From contig NC_092674.1 in assembly GCF_964355755.1 (NCBI RefSeq), positions 7,750,001-7,814,000 on the forward strand: 64,000 nucleotides of DNA, in the 5' to 3' direction. The number at the start of each line of letters is the position of its first letter. Positions within the stretch are counted from its first letter, which is position 1. Positions 26,687 through 41,600 of this stretch are shown here, piece by piece. The translations under genes and the position numbers were made by a program. The notes under the pieces were generated by a model. The model was not told the origin of the DNA. It did not search any database and was given only the letters and a program-made list of their open reading frames with translations. Source of the stretch: Antedon mediterranea (Eukaryota > Animalia > Echinodermata).

Positions 26687-29600
26687 TTAAACATTGACAT
26701 ATTCTTGATAATTCTGCAGGTAACATTTTGCTGCATCGTAACAAAAGTTGTATTGAACCTACAAGTAAAACAGTCAATACAATAATATAAGTCACTATAA
26801 TTGAAAGTATACTAAGTATAGTATAAGTATCGTATGTATGTATAGTACAATATAGTTCTTGGTTACATAACTAAAAACAAATAATGTAATGTCACTCGTG
26901 TTTGTCTAAGTATTTAACGAAAATAAAACAAGTTACTTGAATCATTGGTTATGTATTTGATAACCTTAATTCAGAATAGATGATACAGGGAATACACCTT
27001 TGATAGAAGAAACCATTAAAAACAGAAATACTCCAAAACTATATCCTACAAATGTGAATCTTATCTCGGTGTTTATGGAGTTGATGGTTGACGATGGTGG
27101 TACTAATAATAATTCTATAAAACCATTTAACAATAATTACAATACCTTAGTTTTCAACATAGTAGGACAGGTTGAACGCAGTGTTTTAAGTGTTTGAAAT
27201 ACGTCCACCATCTTGTCATCTCTCATTTTCCCAATCATTGAATGAACTAGACAGAACAATCCAGATCTGCAAACTCCATCCCTAATACAGAAAATAATAT
27301 TTTCAGAAACAATTGTAATTAGTACGGTGAAGCTATTTTTCATGTAATTCGTTTTATTAAAAATATAAATATAGTTCTGAATTAAATTATACTATTATTA
27401 GTTCAATACTCCCTTCTTTTAAAAACAAAACAGCTAATAAGGAAAGATAATGACAATATGTATTCTTACAGACAGTGCACGATAGTTGGCTTGTTACTAG
27501 AAACAACGCCCTCTCCAATATTTGTAATGAACCGCACAAACGGATCCACTTTAGGAACGGTCTTTCCTTTTGGCCATTGCCGGAACTCAAAATAAGCAAT
27601 TTCCCGTACGTTGTTTTCCTTAAAGACGAAAGGTAGCAATAGACTCAAGATTCATTAAATGTTATTGGTCTAATTTGAAATGGAAATTTGTTTTGCTTGG
27701 CATAATTAAGACAATAAAACAACAAAGAAAAACTGTTAAAAAACTGGAGAAAAAAAATGCAGATTGTAAAAATGCCATAGGCCCTGTAAAATACTGTTAA
27801 AATTCCAAGTAAAAATTACAGCAAAGAGTTATCTTCGAACGTTAGAATTGTACATATTATTGATATTTACAACAAAAGACTTCCTATTCTACATAGATTA
27901 TAATAATAATATTCATGTATACTTCCTTATAATTATTGTTTGACAGTAATACCTTTACTAGACATAACATTATTCTATTCTTCGTAATTGTTTTAATTAC
28001 TGTAGAAATTACATCCATCTGTATTAATAATCAACCAAAAGTTACCTTTTCTAATGATATTTTTCTTTCGATCATAAATTCATTCTTCATTGCAGATTTC
28101 ACAGTGACAATAAATTGCCCGAATTTCATTGGTTGCTTTATTTGCTTGTGAATGTACGCGCCACAAGTTCTGTCAATGTCATTCAGCTGCACAATGACGT
28201 CAGATTTATAGTCAAATACCAAACGCCAGAAATCTTCAGTAGTATTGGCGGGGTCAGCCAAAGGAGCCTGTGTCACAATGTACGCGTTGCGCTTCTTGTA
28301 AACCTAGACAGAAAAATAGAGAACAACCTTTGTAACACCACACCTTTTGATATCAGCAATCAAGACAATGATGTAGGTTATTTGTGTATTTATAATGTAA
28401 ATCCAAAGGCAAATTACTGAAAAAATGACAATGCTGTGGGTATCAGTGGCTGGAACTCAATGGAGATACAAAAAAAGCTAAATAAAAACGATAAAGTAAA
28501 CAGCCAGAAAAGTTAGCAGAGCTTTCGGGCAACACTAGCCCTTCATCAGTGCATGTAAAAATGTATTTTTTTTTTGTTAAAAAAATGTAATATCCTTACG
28601 TCACAGAAAGATGCATTTATATAATCAGTACCACGATCGGATGGTGACATCAATATCGGACGAGCTTTATTGACTGAAAAAAATAAAAATTATTTTAATT
28701 TGAATTATTCCATCTCATCCAAAACGCGATAAAGAAGAGGTAGCTAATTTCTTCCAGCAAAAAGACGTCATTTATGAGTTATTAATAGGCCAGTAAAACT
28801 TATTTTACAAAAAAAAAAAAAAAATAGGGCTAGGCCTACTATGTTTTTAAGTGACTAGATATAAATGTTAGTTTTGGTATGGCTTTGTTTATACTGAGCA
28901 TAACTCAATGTTTTTCTTTATAGTAGATACTAGAACTTACGTGGTACTACGTCATCGAATCTGTTCTTAAAAACATTCTCTGGTAGTCTTGCATGTGACG
29001 TAAGATCATCAACAGGGAGTGGAAACAAACAGTTCAAAGTCTAAATAAACAAAAAGTGTTGAAAGGGAGTTTCAAACTGGAGAAAGATTTTCTTTTAGAG
29101 TCAAGCAAACGTGTTTTTTGTTATTCCTTGTCAATTTAAGTTTTAGGTAAATACACTTTGATCCAATTAATGTGGCCATTAAAATGGCATATTCAATTAA
29201 AACATTTGTCAGTATTTATTCAGGGAGGCAATACACTTATTATTAAAACAAATGATTGAAAAATAATGCTCACTTTGAGTTGATAATCAAAATGTGATGG
29301 CATTTTTTGTGTTTGCCTCTGTATTTCGTTTTGCAATTCAGTTACAGGAATTACAGTCTTTCCACAAAACAACTCTTCAAGTATGACGGCATAGATAAAC
29401 TTATATTGTTCCTGTAGATAAAATACATAGTTTAACAATGCAATATTAATGTTTGTGGGTTAAGTGCGTGGAGCGGATGTTATTGCTTTTCGGATGTGGC
29501 GCTGAGTGCCAAATAATGACGGGTTGCGAACAATATTGTAGGTCTGACAACATACTGTAATCGGAAAAGTAAGGTAATCCAAGATTGTTATATTGCTATA

Positions 29601-32600
29601 GATAACATAAACGTACCGTAATGTATGTAGGCCTACACTTTATAGCTTATCGAGTTCACTATTAAATAGTGAACTCGAAAGCTATACATTTTCAAGACGG
29701 TAGTTTCTGGTAAAACAGGTCATCCGTATGTGTACATTTGGTTTATATTTTGTTTAATGGAGTAAGCAATAAGGATATATGATTAACTTCCTTCACCAAT
29801 TTATTTATAAAACGGTTTATATTCTGCCATATAAAGTAAATAAACTGATTTCCCCTAAACAAAATATTGTTTTGTAACTTTTCTTCATTTTGTTTATTTC
29901 TATGGTGCCATGCTCATAAGGCTCATTCATAAAGAAACAACAGATCAACTGAGTCATGTCTAACCTCTGTTTGAACCATTTGGATACGGTTCTGCCTCAT
30001 ACTTCGTACAAAATTAAACACGTCCACTTTGCCTTGGTCCTTCGACATATCCAACATGGCGGCTATAGCGATTACAGTCCCCGTCCTGCCAGCTCCAGCA
30101 CTAACCGATTAAAATATAATTAAAATAATATAAATTACTTATTTGAACTTTATAACAATATAAACAAGAGTTGTTTGTGGAAATTATTTTTGTTATTGAT
30201 GTAATTGTAATGTCATGGTTGTTTCTGCAAAGTGCAATGCTTGGAAAAAATGTATAAATGTATTTCAAAGTTATTGAATCCAATCGATTAAGTAATCGAC
30301 GATATTGGAAACACTCTTGTTTGGTCATTAAAAACAAAGTTGATGATCATATTACCTGCAATGTACAATAACTGGTCCACTGCTAGCAAATTCCTGCTGA
30401 GTTTTTCTAAACGTTTGGATAAAATCAATTAACTGCGGAACGGCGTTAGAAACACTCTTGTCTGGCCATTCAGTGAAATGATACTGGTATACATTGTGAA
30501 TGTTTTCTCCATCTCCTACCTTATACATTTAAATACAAGATTAAACTTACGATAAACTTTTAAAGAAACCGAGGAAACTGTAATGTGCAAAACGATGACT
30601 GGATGTTCGAATTAAATACCTTTTTTGGGTTAGAGAGAGACTTATTCGTATAAAAATAATTGTTTCAAGTTAATTTTTATTACCGACGTATTAATTTAAA
30701 TCCTCAGATCTCACGCATTATATATTTAAAAAAAGATATTCTGTTATTGTTTTCTAATATATGTTAGTTGATTGCATAAGTACAGACTAAAGAGTTTCAT
30801 TTGTACTAAAAATTAAAAACAAAAAACAATGATTTCAGGCCTACCGTATATTGTACGAGTGTACAACTTTACATTAGTTAGGACGGCCATGTTTCGGTCT
30901 TTTCAAAGTTTTAAATTACAATCAAAGAAATAACAATTAAATAAATTAAAGAAAATAAACATGCATTAGCATTAGCTAGACATAAAATAATGTTTACCTT
31001 CTGTACTTGGAATGTTCGGGTCACATAATGACCGTAGTTGGTTTCATCGGCATTCGTCACGGATATATCTGTGTATACTTTTCTACTGTTTAAGTCAGGC
31101 CAATATTGTTCACATTTTTTCTTAAGTAAAAGAGCATGAAAACGACTAGTAACAACATTAAAGTTACAATAACCATTACGGTATATTTATGTCTGTACAT
31201 TTTTCTGTACAAAGGATATTGCAGTTACCATAGATCTTTTTAATGAAGAGTTTACAGTATGCTGAATAGTTTTAATAATGTACCCACACCTCTATTTCTC
31301 TTACATGCACACACACCATTCCTGCGACAAATCCAACGTGTAGATATTGAAAATGTTTGAACCTTTCTTTGATTATCGACCGAGAGGAACACAAAGCAGA
31401 TTTATCTCCAGAGTAAACTAACAAAGTGTAAGTCTATGTATAAAGTTAGTTTAATACTATGAATTATCATCATTGCTACTACTTTCTAAAGGCAATGTAA
31501 ATGTTTACATAACTATGTAACAAACAAAATAAAGTACCCTCTTTCCTTCAACAAGATTCGTAACAACGACAATAACTCTAGACTTCTCCTTCCAGACCAT
31601 TCTCCACATATCGTTGACTGAAGCAACATTTGGTCCTGAAAATCATAAATAATGAAGAGTGTTTATTAATTCTAAACTATACTATATTGTCGTTATTGTT
31701 GTTATTATTATCATGTCTATTTGAATTTATTTTTTGCAAATTGAAAGAAGTTTTCTTTTTAGATAAAATGTATGATGCCATATAAAGTGTAGACTTTAAA
31801 ACACATATACATTTAAGAAATGCTTACCTTGGCAGGCGATGAACTCATGTGGTATTGTATATCCCTGAAAAGGAGTAATTTCAGTTTGTAAAAATATAAA
31901 ACTAGTATAAAACTAGCAACTACAATATCAAATGCTGATCTAGAATTATTTTCGAATGAATGAAACAAAAGCGGTCATTCACTATACATGCTTGGTTTAA
32001 AATTGTCAGAACAAGTCATTTATATAACTTGCGTGTGTGTGTGAAATTCCTCTCAATAGTAGGCCTAATGTGGTCTGTTCTACTTAGAGGGCCTACGGGA
32101 CATTTTCTCACTCTTTGTTGAAATTAGCTTCTTCAAACATGCTTGATCATGTGATAATTTCAATAATGTATTCTTTAATTTTAATAAGATTTTTTAACCA
32201 ACTTACATCTAAATATGAAGCGTTAATGTAATCAGATCCCGGAACATCAGCAATTTTGTCAAGAACCACACGGGTGTTGTCATCTAATGTTATAATAAAG
32301 AAACTTAATCATTACTTAATACAGTGATTAAGCATTCAGAACGTTTGAGAGACGTTCATCTGATTATTACATAATAAATAAATATATTGTTACTAACGAA
32401 ATTTACTAATGAACTACTAAAAAATATGTGACTTACATGGAATTACATTTGCATATCGATTCTTCTTTCGATTTACAGATGATTTTGCGACTGTGCTTGG
32501 AAATAAGGGCTTGTTGCCAAGATCCTTAGATAAAGAACAATTCTCAGTGTGTGAGAATTAAGGAAAGTCATGTTTCAAAACTGTGCATTACGTAGTAAGA

Positions 32601-35600
32601 ATAGGAATAGTTTGGAAAATCTGAACTTCTGTGTTTAATAAGAATCATACTACCAAACATTTTAGAAGTTCAAATTGAGTATACAAAGAATATGGTATAC
32701 AGCAGGTATACAGAGTCAGTAAATAAAACCATGAAGTATACAGTGCAGTACTTTTTATTATTATATATTATTATTATATTATTTATTCAGGCAATAGATA
32801 CATTTCACAAATATAATACAAATCAGCAAATTAAATAAACAAAATCACAAACACAACCTAAGCCACTGACACCAATTGACACCTATGCAATGTAACCTAC
32901 CTCAAATTCTTTCTCAAAACCTTTTTCAACGCTTAATTGACGTTTCGTCACATAGTCATGCAGCTTTGATAACTCGATGGGTTTGTATTCTTGGTTGTCC
33001 AACTGTGTGTTACCATACACAGGTTCCTGGTCAATTTCATTATCGGGTTGATATTCGGATTCAGACTCGACCTCGTATTCGGTGTGTACTTGCTCTTTTG
33101 AAGAATTGTCGACACCACTCACTTCATCATAGGCATTGTCTTTAAACATAAAACAAATTGTTTTTACTTATCGTGTACCGGTATATACATTTGTTTTCAA
33201 AATATCACTAGTTATGTTATCGCTTATAGTTTTAAACAAGATTATCGAAATGTATAATCCTAATAAACACATTTTGAGTCCAACATAATACTTTTAGTAT
33301 ATTAACTCCTAATTTAAAATCTACTCCTCAACCCCTCTCTTTTACATAAATGAGTATTTTACCTCCTATATCTTGTTCTTGCAGAATTTTACGAGCTGAA
33401 CCACCGGCCGGGGATACACCAGTGCCAAATGCGCCAGCGCCGGGTACACCGGAACTTTTATTACTTCTACGTCTATAAGTGAAAAAAAACCAAGATTTTA
33501 TTATCGTTTTCTTGCGGTATAATCGATAAAAGGGGTTGTGTTAATGTTCAAGGCCTAATGAAAAATAATATAATCGGATAGGAATACACATTTTAATTCG
33601 GTTTAAATTTATCCGTTTACCGTTTGATTACTATTAACACGACAATAAGTACCACCACGAGCGCTGGAATCAGGCAACCAAGTATCACACCTATCGAAGC
33701 CTCTGTACCTGAAAATGAACAGAAATACAGTTGTGTTGTATTGCAGTCTTGTTGAAACCCAATTTGCAGTAATCGTATATTATTAGTCTGTGCATATTCA
33801 GCTACATCTTCACCATCCTTCAAATACCACCACCTCAACCAACATTAACTTTTACACCATAAACAACCGATTTGTACAGTGCCTAAACGAGGCAAAGTAA
33901 AACAAAGAATGTTTAGAATTTAGAAAAATAATTGCACTTACCTTGATCCGGACAATTCGATCCAACAATGATTGTTGTTGTATCAGACGTCCCATTAACA
34001 TTTAAATAAGATGCTAATACTGAGAATGTATATTCTATACATGATTCAATTCCTTCACCAAATACAACTTCAGTTTCTGTAGTATTTCCTTGCTGAATTA
34101 TTCCACCTGACAGTTCATAATAGTAGGTCACCTGATAGTTTGAGATGTCGCACGTAGATGCTATCCATTTCATCAGCAAATGTGTTCCATTGAATGAATC
34201 ATCTTCTATTGATGGCTCTTATAATATTAGAAGACAGAATAAATAATAAATTATTATAATAATACTGGTTTTTGTTTACAGAAATAGCACAGAAGGGTAA
34301 CTCTTATTTTGTAATAGACTAGTAAAACTAAATCTGGTTCATGTTTCTCTGTTTCCGAGACTTACGATGACACACATTAAATCCTGTTTGTAACAAACTC
34401 CCACCTTTGTCAAACTTTCACCTACTTTTGATTCATTTGAAATTAATTTAAAAACTCATTGAAGCCGATTTAGCTAATTTCATGATACAATGCGCCTTTG
34501 ATATATTTTTTTTTGTAAATTGAATGTTTGATTATTATTCTGATTACTGAGTGTCGCTGGTTCTGACTTTTCTTACGGTAGAGTTACTTAGATTGTATTC
34601 ACAATGCCAACTGAATATATTTGACTATCAAAACACTAGTATTACTGAATCAACATATTCTACAAAATGTATGAAATATAATTCCTAGATTGCATGAGAG
34701 GCCTTCTAAAACCGCGTAAAAAGTTTGACTGGCTATCGACACTTTCCCACATGCGGAACATTCTTTGTAACCTCTTTCACACTATCCTTAAGTATCTAAA
34801 ACCTAGCATAATTAGAATCTTTTAAAAACAATTTTGTTTGTAAGGCCAATTTTTTTATAGGCCAATTTTTTTATAGGCTAAAAAAGGAATGACAATTTGA
34901 TACCTGATGGCGATGATTGTACCATTATCGCCTGTCCCCAATTGCCAGCAATATCCATGTTATTAACAACTCGTGCGTTTACGTTATATGAAGAACACCA
35001 CGATAATCTTGATAGTTTAACTTCTAATTGAATACTACTTGTATTGGTAATCTTACTTTCATTTCCATCAATGTCCGAGTATTGCACTTGATATCGAAGA
35101 ATGTATTTACATTGTATTCTATCATAATCATCAGAAACTCCCTAAATAATTATAATATGATTATTAAAGTTTATGTAGTAATATATTGTAATAGTGACTG
35201 ATTAAACATTCATATTCATTACTCATATTTCATTAAAGTCCGTTTAATAATGCACAATCAACTAATGTTTGTAACATAATTTCAAAATTTTAATAAATAT
35301 ACTGTACCTTTAAATTTACGGTGACTTGATTTCCAACAATTGTTGCTAGTTTTATCTCTGGTTCTTCCAAAGGTTCTAACATAAGTAAGGTAATCAGTTA
35401 ATAACGAACAAAATATAAACTATGCTATCAAACGAGCATCAGAAATTAATTCATTATATGATTTTTATTTCCTTTTTTCTTATTTGAACCACGTATTATC
35501 TATCGTATCAGTTTAGACAACAAAGCAATTACCGTACATGTGGCTAAAATGACATATCAGTAAATAAGTAATGGTAGCAATACCAACCTAAAATACCCTA

Positions 35601-38600
35601 AGTAAACATTTAGAAAGGTAAGATCATATTGAATTATAAAAATATATTTTTATAAAAAAAGTTAATTAATAAAGATTATCTACCATGAACTCCAGGCCAG
35701 CTAAGTTCCACTTAATGTCCACGAGTATGTGCGGTTTTCTATATTTCAATAATAGTGTTGTTTAATGTTAGAGCTTACTTGTACATATTGTATTTATTGA
35801 TCCAAGTGTACTTCTTGGCCCCTCTGTCTCAATACCACCAACCATCCTCGAAAAGTGAGAGTAGAATTGATATTTTGTATTTGGGATGAGATTACCAATA
35901 GAAATAAATAAATCATTATCTTCTTCGTCTATTGACATAATTGAATCCATCCCCGATGATTTATACGATAGCTTCCGTTTCGTAATTGTTCCTGTTCCAT
36001 AGTCGTCACCAATAATCCAAATGACGTCAAACGTTAGAGTAGTTGCTGTCTGGTTTACAACTCTTGGCGGTTCAGAACGGTATGGTAATGCTAATTGTTA
36101 TATAAATAAATGCAAACTTTGTTTAAAAAAACTGTATTATTCAATTCAATAGCTTAGATATTTTGCATCATGAATCATCGTGAATGTCACACATTAAACA
36201 GATTTGATTATTATAAATTTTTATTATTATTATTATTGGAGTTGTTCCATTATTACAGTACGGAGTAATTTTTGTTCGAATATTTCATGGCAAGGCCTAA
36301 TTGTGCCTATCTAAACTAAAAAAACACATATATTTATTTTTTTATAATATTTATGTCTATCGTTACCTATGCTGCATTTTGATCCAGCCCAAGCTTCATG
36401 ACATCCGTTAGGGCAACTTCCATTTCGATTACAATCTACCGAGTCCTTGCAGTGACATCGGAAATTACACAAAAAACCAAAGAATCCAGATGAACAGGAC
36501 AGGGGTACTTTAAATAAGCAAAACAGGTACATGTTTTTTTTTAATAACACATGGGATTTGTTCAATCGTTGGGATATCCTAAAAATACGCATAGATATAC
36601 TATAAAAATGGTATATAATATATTATTTCAGAATTACTATATGCAAAAGTGAAAAAAGCAAACAAAAACTAAACGATTTGTATTAAATAAAATCTAAAGA
36701 TATGGTAAGTTAGTGAAGATAAAACAAACTACAATTGGTAATCTCCTTGGTAGTATCAGGGAAATAGCCTTGTTGTGTACACTACCTTGACAATTATCAC
36801 CAGCGTATCCATCTAAACAGCCGGTAGAACATCCTGTGTGTTTATCACAAACACTATCGTTACAGTGACATTCTTGGCGGCAATCTGCTCCATAGTATCC
36901 AGCCACACACTCTGTAAAATAATGTATTATATTTTATCACAGATACCTGTTATCATCTAACTGTTATTATTTTTAATTTTACTTGATTTAACAAATAATT
37001 ACAACATTAACTAGATTTAATTCGTCACTATGACGAATTATAGGTTATATGCATTGATTTAAATAAAGATAAATGATTCTTAAAGGATACATTAATTGAT
37101 TGATTTTGTCAAAATCTTTAATTATTTATAATGAATGAAGAGGATTTTGCTGTCACAAATAGCCAGTATCACAATCCAATCAAAGATCCCTCCGCGTATA
37201 AACCATCATTGTTACATAATAAAAAATAAAAGTTACTTTTTTCTCAAGATTTTATTATAAATCATGTGCATAATCTATACACTAAGAAATTTATTTATTT
37301 TTATTTATTATATATTATATACATCTTTTAACAATTTAAAAAAATTATGCACTGTCAAACTATAAACGTTTAACTTTAATTTATGAACGTTTTTAGGAAA
37401 GTTAATGTTAAGTTTGTTTTTTCAGCACAAGAAAATGTCATAATTTGATTTTTCGAAATTATTTTTTTAAAAAATCATACATATGCTACAAACATTTTGC
37501 GTATCCTGTAACTTTTTACGTACTCCTATAATGCAATTTCGAGTTGAAAAGTGAATCAAATATGATGATATTATTAAAGAAAGGCTGTAAAACAGAAATC
37601 GGGCAAAAGCGTGTGTATTAACATTTAACGCGTAGTGCGCGTGCAAAAATCTGCGCACTCATGGTAATTTTTTTTAACGCTTAAAATTGCCTGAAACGTA
37701 CTCTAATTTCATCGAAAATAAATTTTGACAATTTTTAACATTTTAGGCGCGCGTACATATCCGTTGTATGCGCTGCTCACGTAATTGTATTGCCATATGA
37801 TGAAATATGATCTGAAAGTTATGAGTACCAAATTTGGATTAATTATGATTCATGCTTGTGTTAAATTAGATAAACCCGTCACATGGAAGAGCCATATAAA
37901 CTTTATTAAAAATAGGATAAAAAAGAAATCTGGAATTCTGTTTAGTTTACGCCATATTGTACCCCGTAATATTTTACTTATGCTTTATAAATCATTTATT
38001 CAATCAAATATTATTACTTATGGTTTAGAATTCAGGGGTAGCACGTATAAGTCGAATCTATATCCTATTTTACTTGTCCAAAAAATGTGTTTTAGATGTA
38101 TAACTTTCTCTGATTTTATGGTTCCATCTTCTCCATTATTTAAATATCTGATTAGACGTTTTTAAGTTGTTTGAATTAAGTATAGTTAAGTTTGTTCCTG
38201 ACCAAATTAACGGCAAAACACCACATCAAACAATGGAATACTTTTATTTAATTACACATAATGCTAGTACCAGATTTAGTAATAGATATAATTTTGCAAT
38301 TCCGAAAGCTCGCATAGATGCTGGTAAATTTAGAATTTCTTTTAATGGAGCTCTTCTAGATTTAAATTCATAAAGGAAGTTAAATGTTTACTTTTACAAA
38401 AATATTAACGTTAGCCCTTGTCTACGTTATTTCTTTCATATAGTTGCTGTTTCCTTCTTATTGAATTATTGTTGACAGATGAAAATGTATGCATTATGAC
38501 TAATTTATTTTTTGTGACAGGAGTCAAACCTTGATTAGCGAAAGCTATTTTTTGGCTCTTTTTCACACACACATACATGTTGTATTGTATTGTACTATTT

Positions 38601-41600
38601 ATGTATGATGACGTGAATAAAGTTGGTATAATATGATTACAAACGTGATTTTGTTAAATCGCCCGTAGACCGCGTAATGTTTGATTGCGCACTGTGAAAA
38701 CATAATCACATCGATTCCTGGCCATAAGGAATATACTCTGAAAAATTGACTTAGCTAGATGAAACTGATATCAAGATAATTGACGGACAAAATAATGCTA
38801 AGGAAAGAATAAATAAAGATTCTGACAGAATCAATAAGAGTAGGCCTACAGTACTGAACTATAATGTATTAACCTGTATTACAATCGTTTCCCCCAAAAC
38901 CATTTTGACAAGCACAGCCGACTGGATCAGGTGGACATAAAAGAGCTCCTTGGCAATTTCCACTAGAAGAACACACGACCTTGCAGTCACGACCCCAGTT
39001 GTTATTTCCACAACCTATCACAAATGAAATAGGCCTACTTAATGTTCAATAAAATGTCATCTTTTTTGTTTACATTGTTATACAGTAATACGTACATAAT
39101 GTAGCTGTTCTGAAGAACAACAAAAGAATAATGAGGGCGCTATTGTATAGTGTGTAAAAGGCCGTTTTGGCGTGTCATAGATAAAAGAAAAAGAAAAACA
39201 AATACCGACAGCGTGGTTGGTAAGACGTGTGCAAATAAATGATAATAAAAATCAGAAAGTTCTTGCGTATATATTATTTATGGGCCTTTCTTCAGTACAG
39301 TAGCAATATTTATTTATTACCCTGTTTGCAAGAAGTTCCTTTAAATCCTGCTGGACAAATACAAACACCCGTCTTATCGTCACACACTCCGCCATTATAA
39401 CATACAGGACAGTCCATTTCACAGTCTGGAGGATTCCATTTTGGCGAAGGACAAGCTAATAGACAACGATTTACAAAATGTAAATACATGGAATTGTATT
39501 GGTCAGTTTATAATACATCTTTATGTGAGCTATAGAACAGAACGTAACTTAAATTTGGCATTAAAGTAATTTGAGGCAGTTTAAATTACGTTGTAAAATC
39601 ACACAATTTAGGCCTACCAATAAATTGATTATTTGGATCCAAATATAATTGTTTCAAAATATAAGCTAGTTTATTTTGGAAATAAAAACCTAACTTTACT
39701 TGTTTATTCGCCACTAAAAACTGTTAAATAATATTGAAATCAAATGTCTGTAGTAGTCTGACGTGTTATACATTTTACAGAATTTCTTGTATTCATCAAT
39801 GTAGTTGAAAATCAAAACAATGATTGATTTTTAATAACTGTTTAAACTTACCTCTAACAATAAGTCTCATGTTACCACGGTTACCATCTGGACTATCACC
39901 TGTATAACATTCATATACGCCATCATCTTTTCTTCGTATGTTTTTAATCACAGCAGAATTAAACCCCATCAGATTTTCAAGTTCATTATTGTAATTATGT
40001 CTCCAACGTAAGTCGGGAAGATCACCACCTTTACTGAGATTGATAGTGACAGACTCTCCAACACCGACCGTTATCGTTCTGTACTCCATTTCAACATTGG
40101 CTATAACATTTTACGAATATAAACTAATAGTAATAGTTATATTTTATTAAAAATTTTTTAAATAAAATTAAAAATTGTTGTTGAATATCCCATTTTAATG
40201 TAACATAATAGTTATCCAATTTGACCAAAAATTGGATAGAAAAAATGCATTTACCTAAATTAAACAAAACTGTAATTTAAAGCAAAAAATGGTCAAATTG
40301 GCTGCCAGCCAATGGTATTTTTTTAAACATTTATTTTGTTTTATATTTTTACAAATAATAAGATACATCTTGTCATTACTCACCAGAAGAGGATGTCAGT
40401 ACAATTGCTGAGTTGGTGACTTCACCATTTTTCTTAGCTTCGAATGTAAAGACACCAATTCTATCTGCAGCCTGTAATTCACTAACACCGAGATATGAAA
40501 ATTTGTCTCCACTACGTATTCGATATATAACTAGGCTTTCGGTGGGAAATATTTTACCGTCCGGCATATTTTTGTCTTGATCTCTAGAGCTGGGACCGTC
40601 AAAATTGCCAGTATCAGCCCAAGTCACGTTGTCTTTTCCATTCTTGTATAATATTCCAACTGATAAATCTCTGATGTCTTTGTCGCCGTCTAGTGTGTAT
40701 CCTCGAAACCAACTCTTACTAATCTCGCCAACAATAGGCGTTCCAGAAAATGCTGTTATATCTAATGGATCTTGTAAAAATGAAATTAAGTTTTATAATT
40801 AATTTATTACAGTCGTTTCACAGCAATTTGGCCTAATAAATCAGGTGAATAAAAGTATAACATTGCCTCGAAAAGAGTAAGACGAGAATACATTTCATGT
40901 GATTAAACACGACGCGATGTGCTTAAACTGCCGCTTCTGACTCATCAACTAACGTTGATTGATCCAAGTGGGAACCACGATACTATACTATACTTATTAC
41001 TATTATTGTCAATGAGTGGTGTTCCAGAAAAAGTATGAGAATCTTTATTATGACCATTTACACAAAACGTGAAGTGGACGGACGTTCTTCACTTACCGTT
41101 TCTGCTCGTCTGTGTAAATTGTCCTTAACAAAGAGTGAGACGCCATAATACAGTAGGGACATTGTATCCAGTTTTACGACCAAAATATGTTAAAAGTTGA
41201 AATACCGCAAAATGTACTACCAATTTACTTCTAAGGTTTAATTCAATTATTACATTAACAACGTGACATTCTAAAACATATATATCAGTGGCAATACAGT
41301 GTGTGTAAAGTAACCCCTCGCACACCAGCGACGCTTTCGAATTCACCGCGTCTTCTGTGCCATGTGATTGATCAATCATGAAAGAGATAACAATAAGTAT
41401 TTCCTCAATGATCCAATCAGTGGGACAATGTTCTCACTTAATCCTCGCTATACCGAAACCGGTCAAAACAAATGCTCGTTTCATAATCATATTCTACAAA
41501 AAGACTGACAAGTAAAGTAAATACATTTTTGCTGTGTCATTGTAGATCATTATCATTGAAGTCGGTTTGAAACTTCACAGCAAGATCAGTTGTCGCATAC

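Noticed and set aside
41125-41379. 84-aa minus-strand ORF in intron 1 of copy B
   Set aside because: No recognisable domain and no counterpart in copy A.
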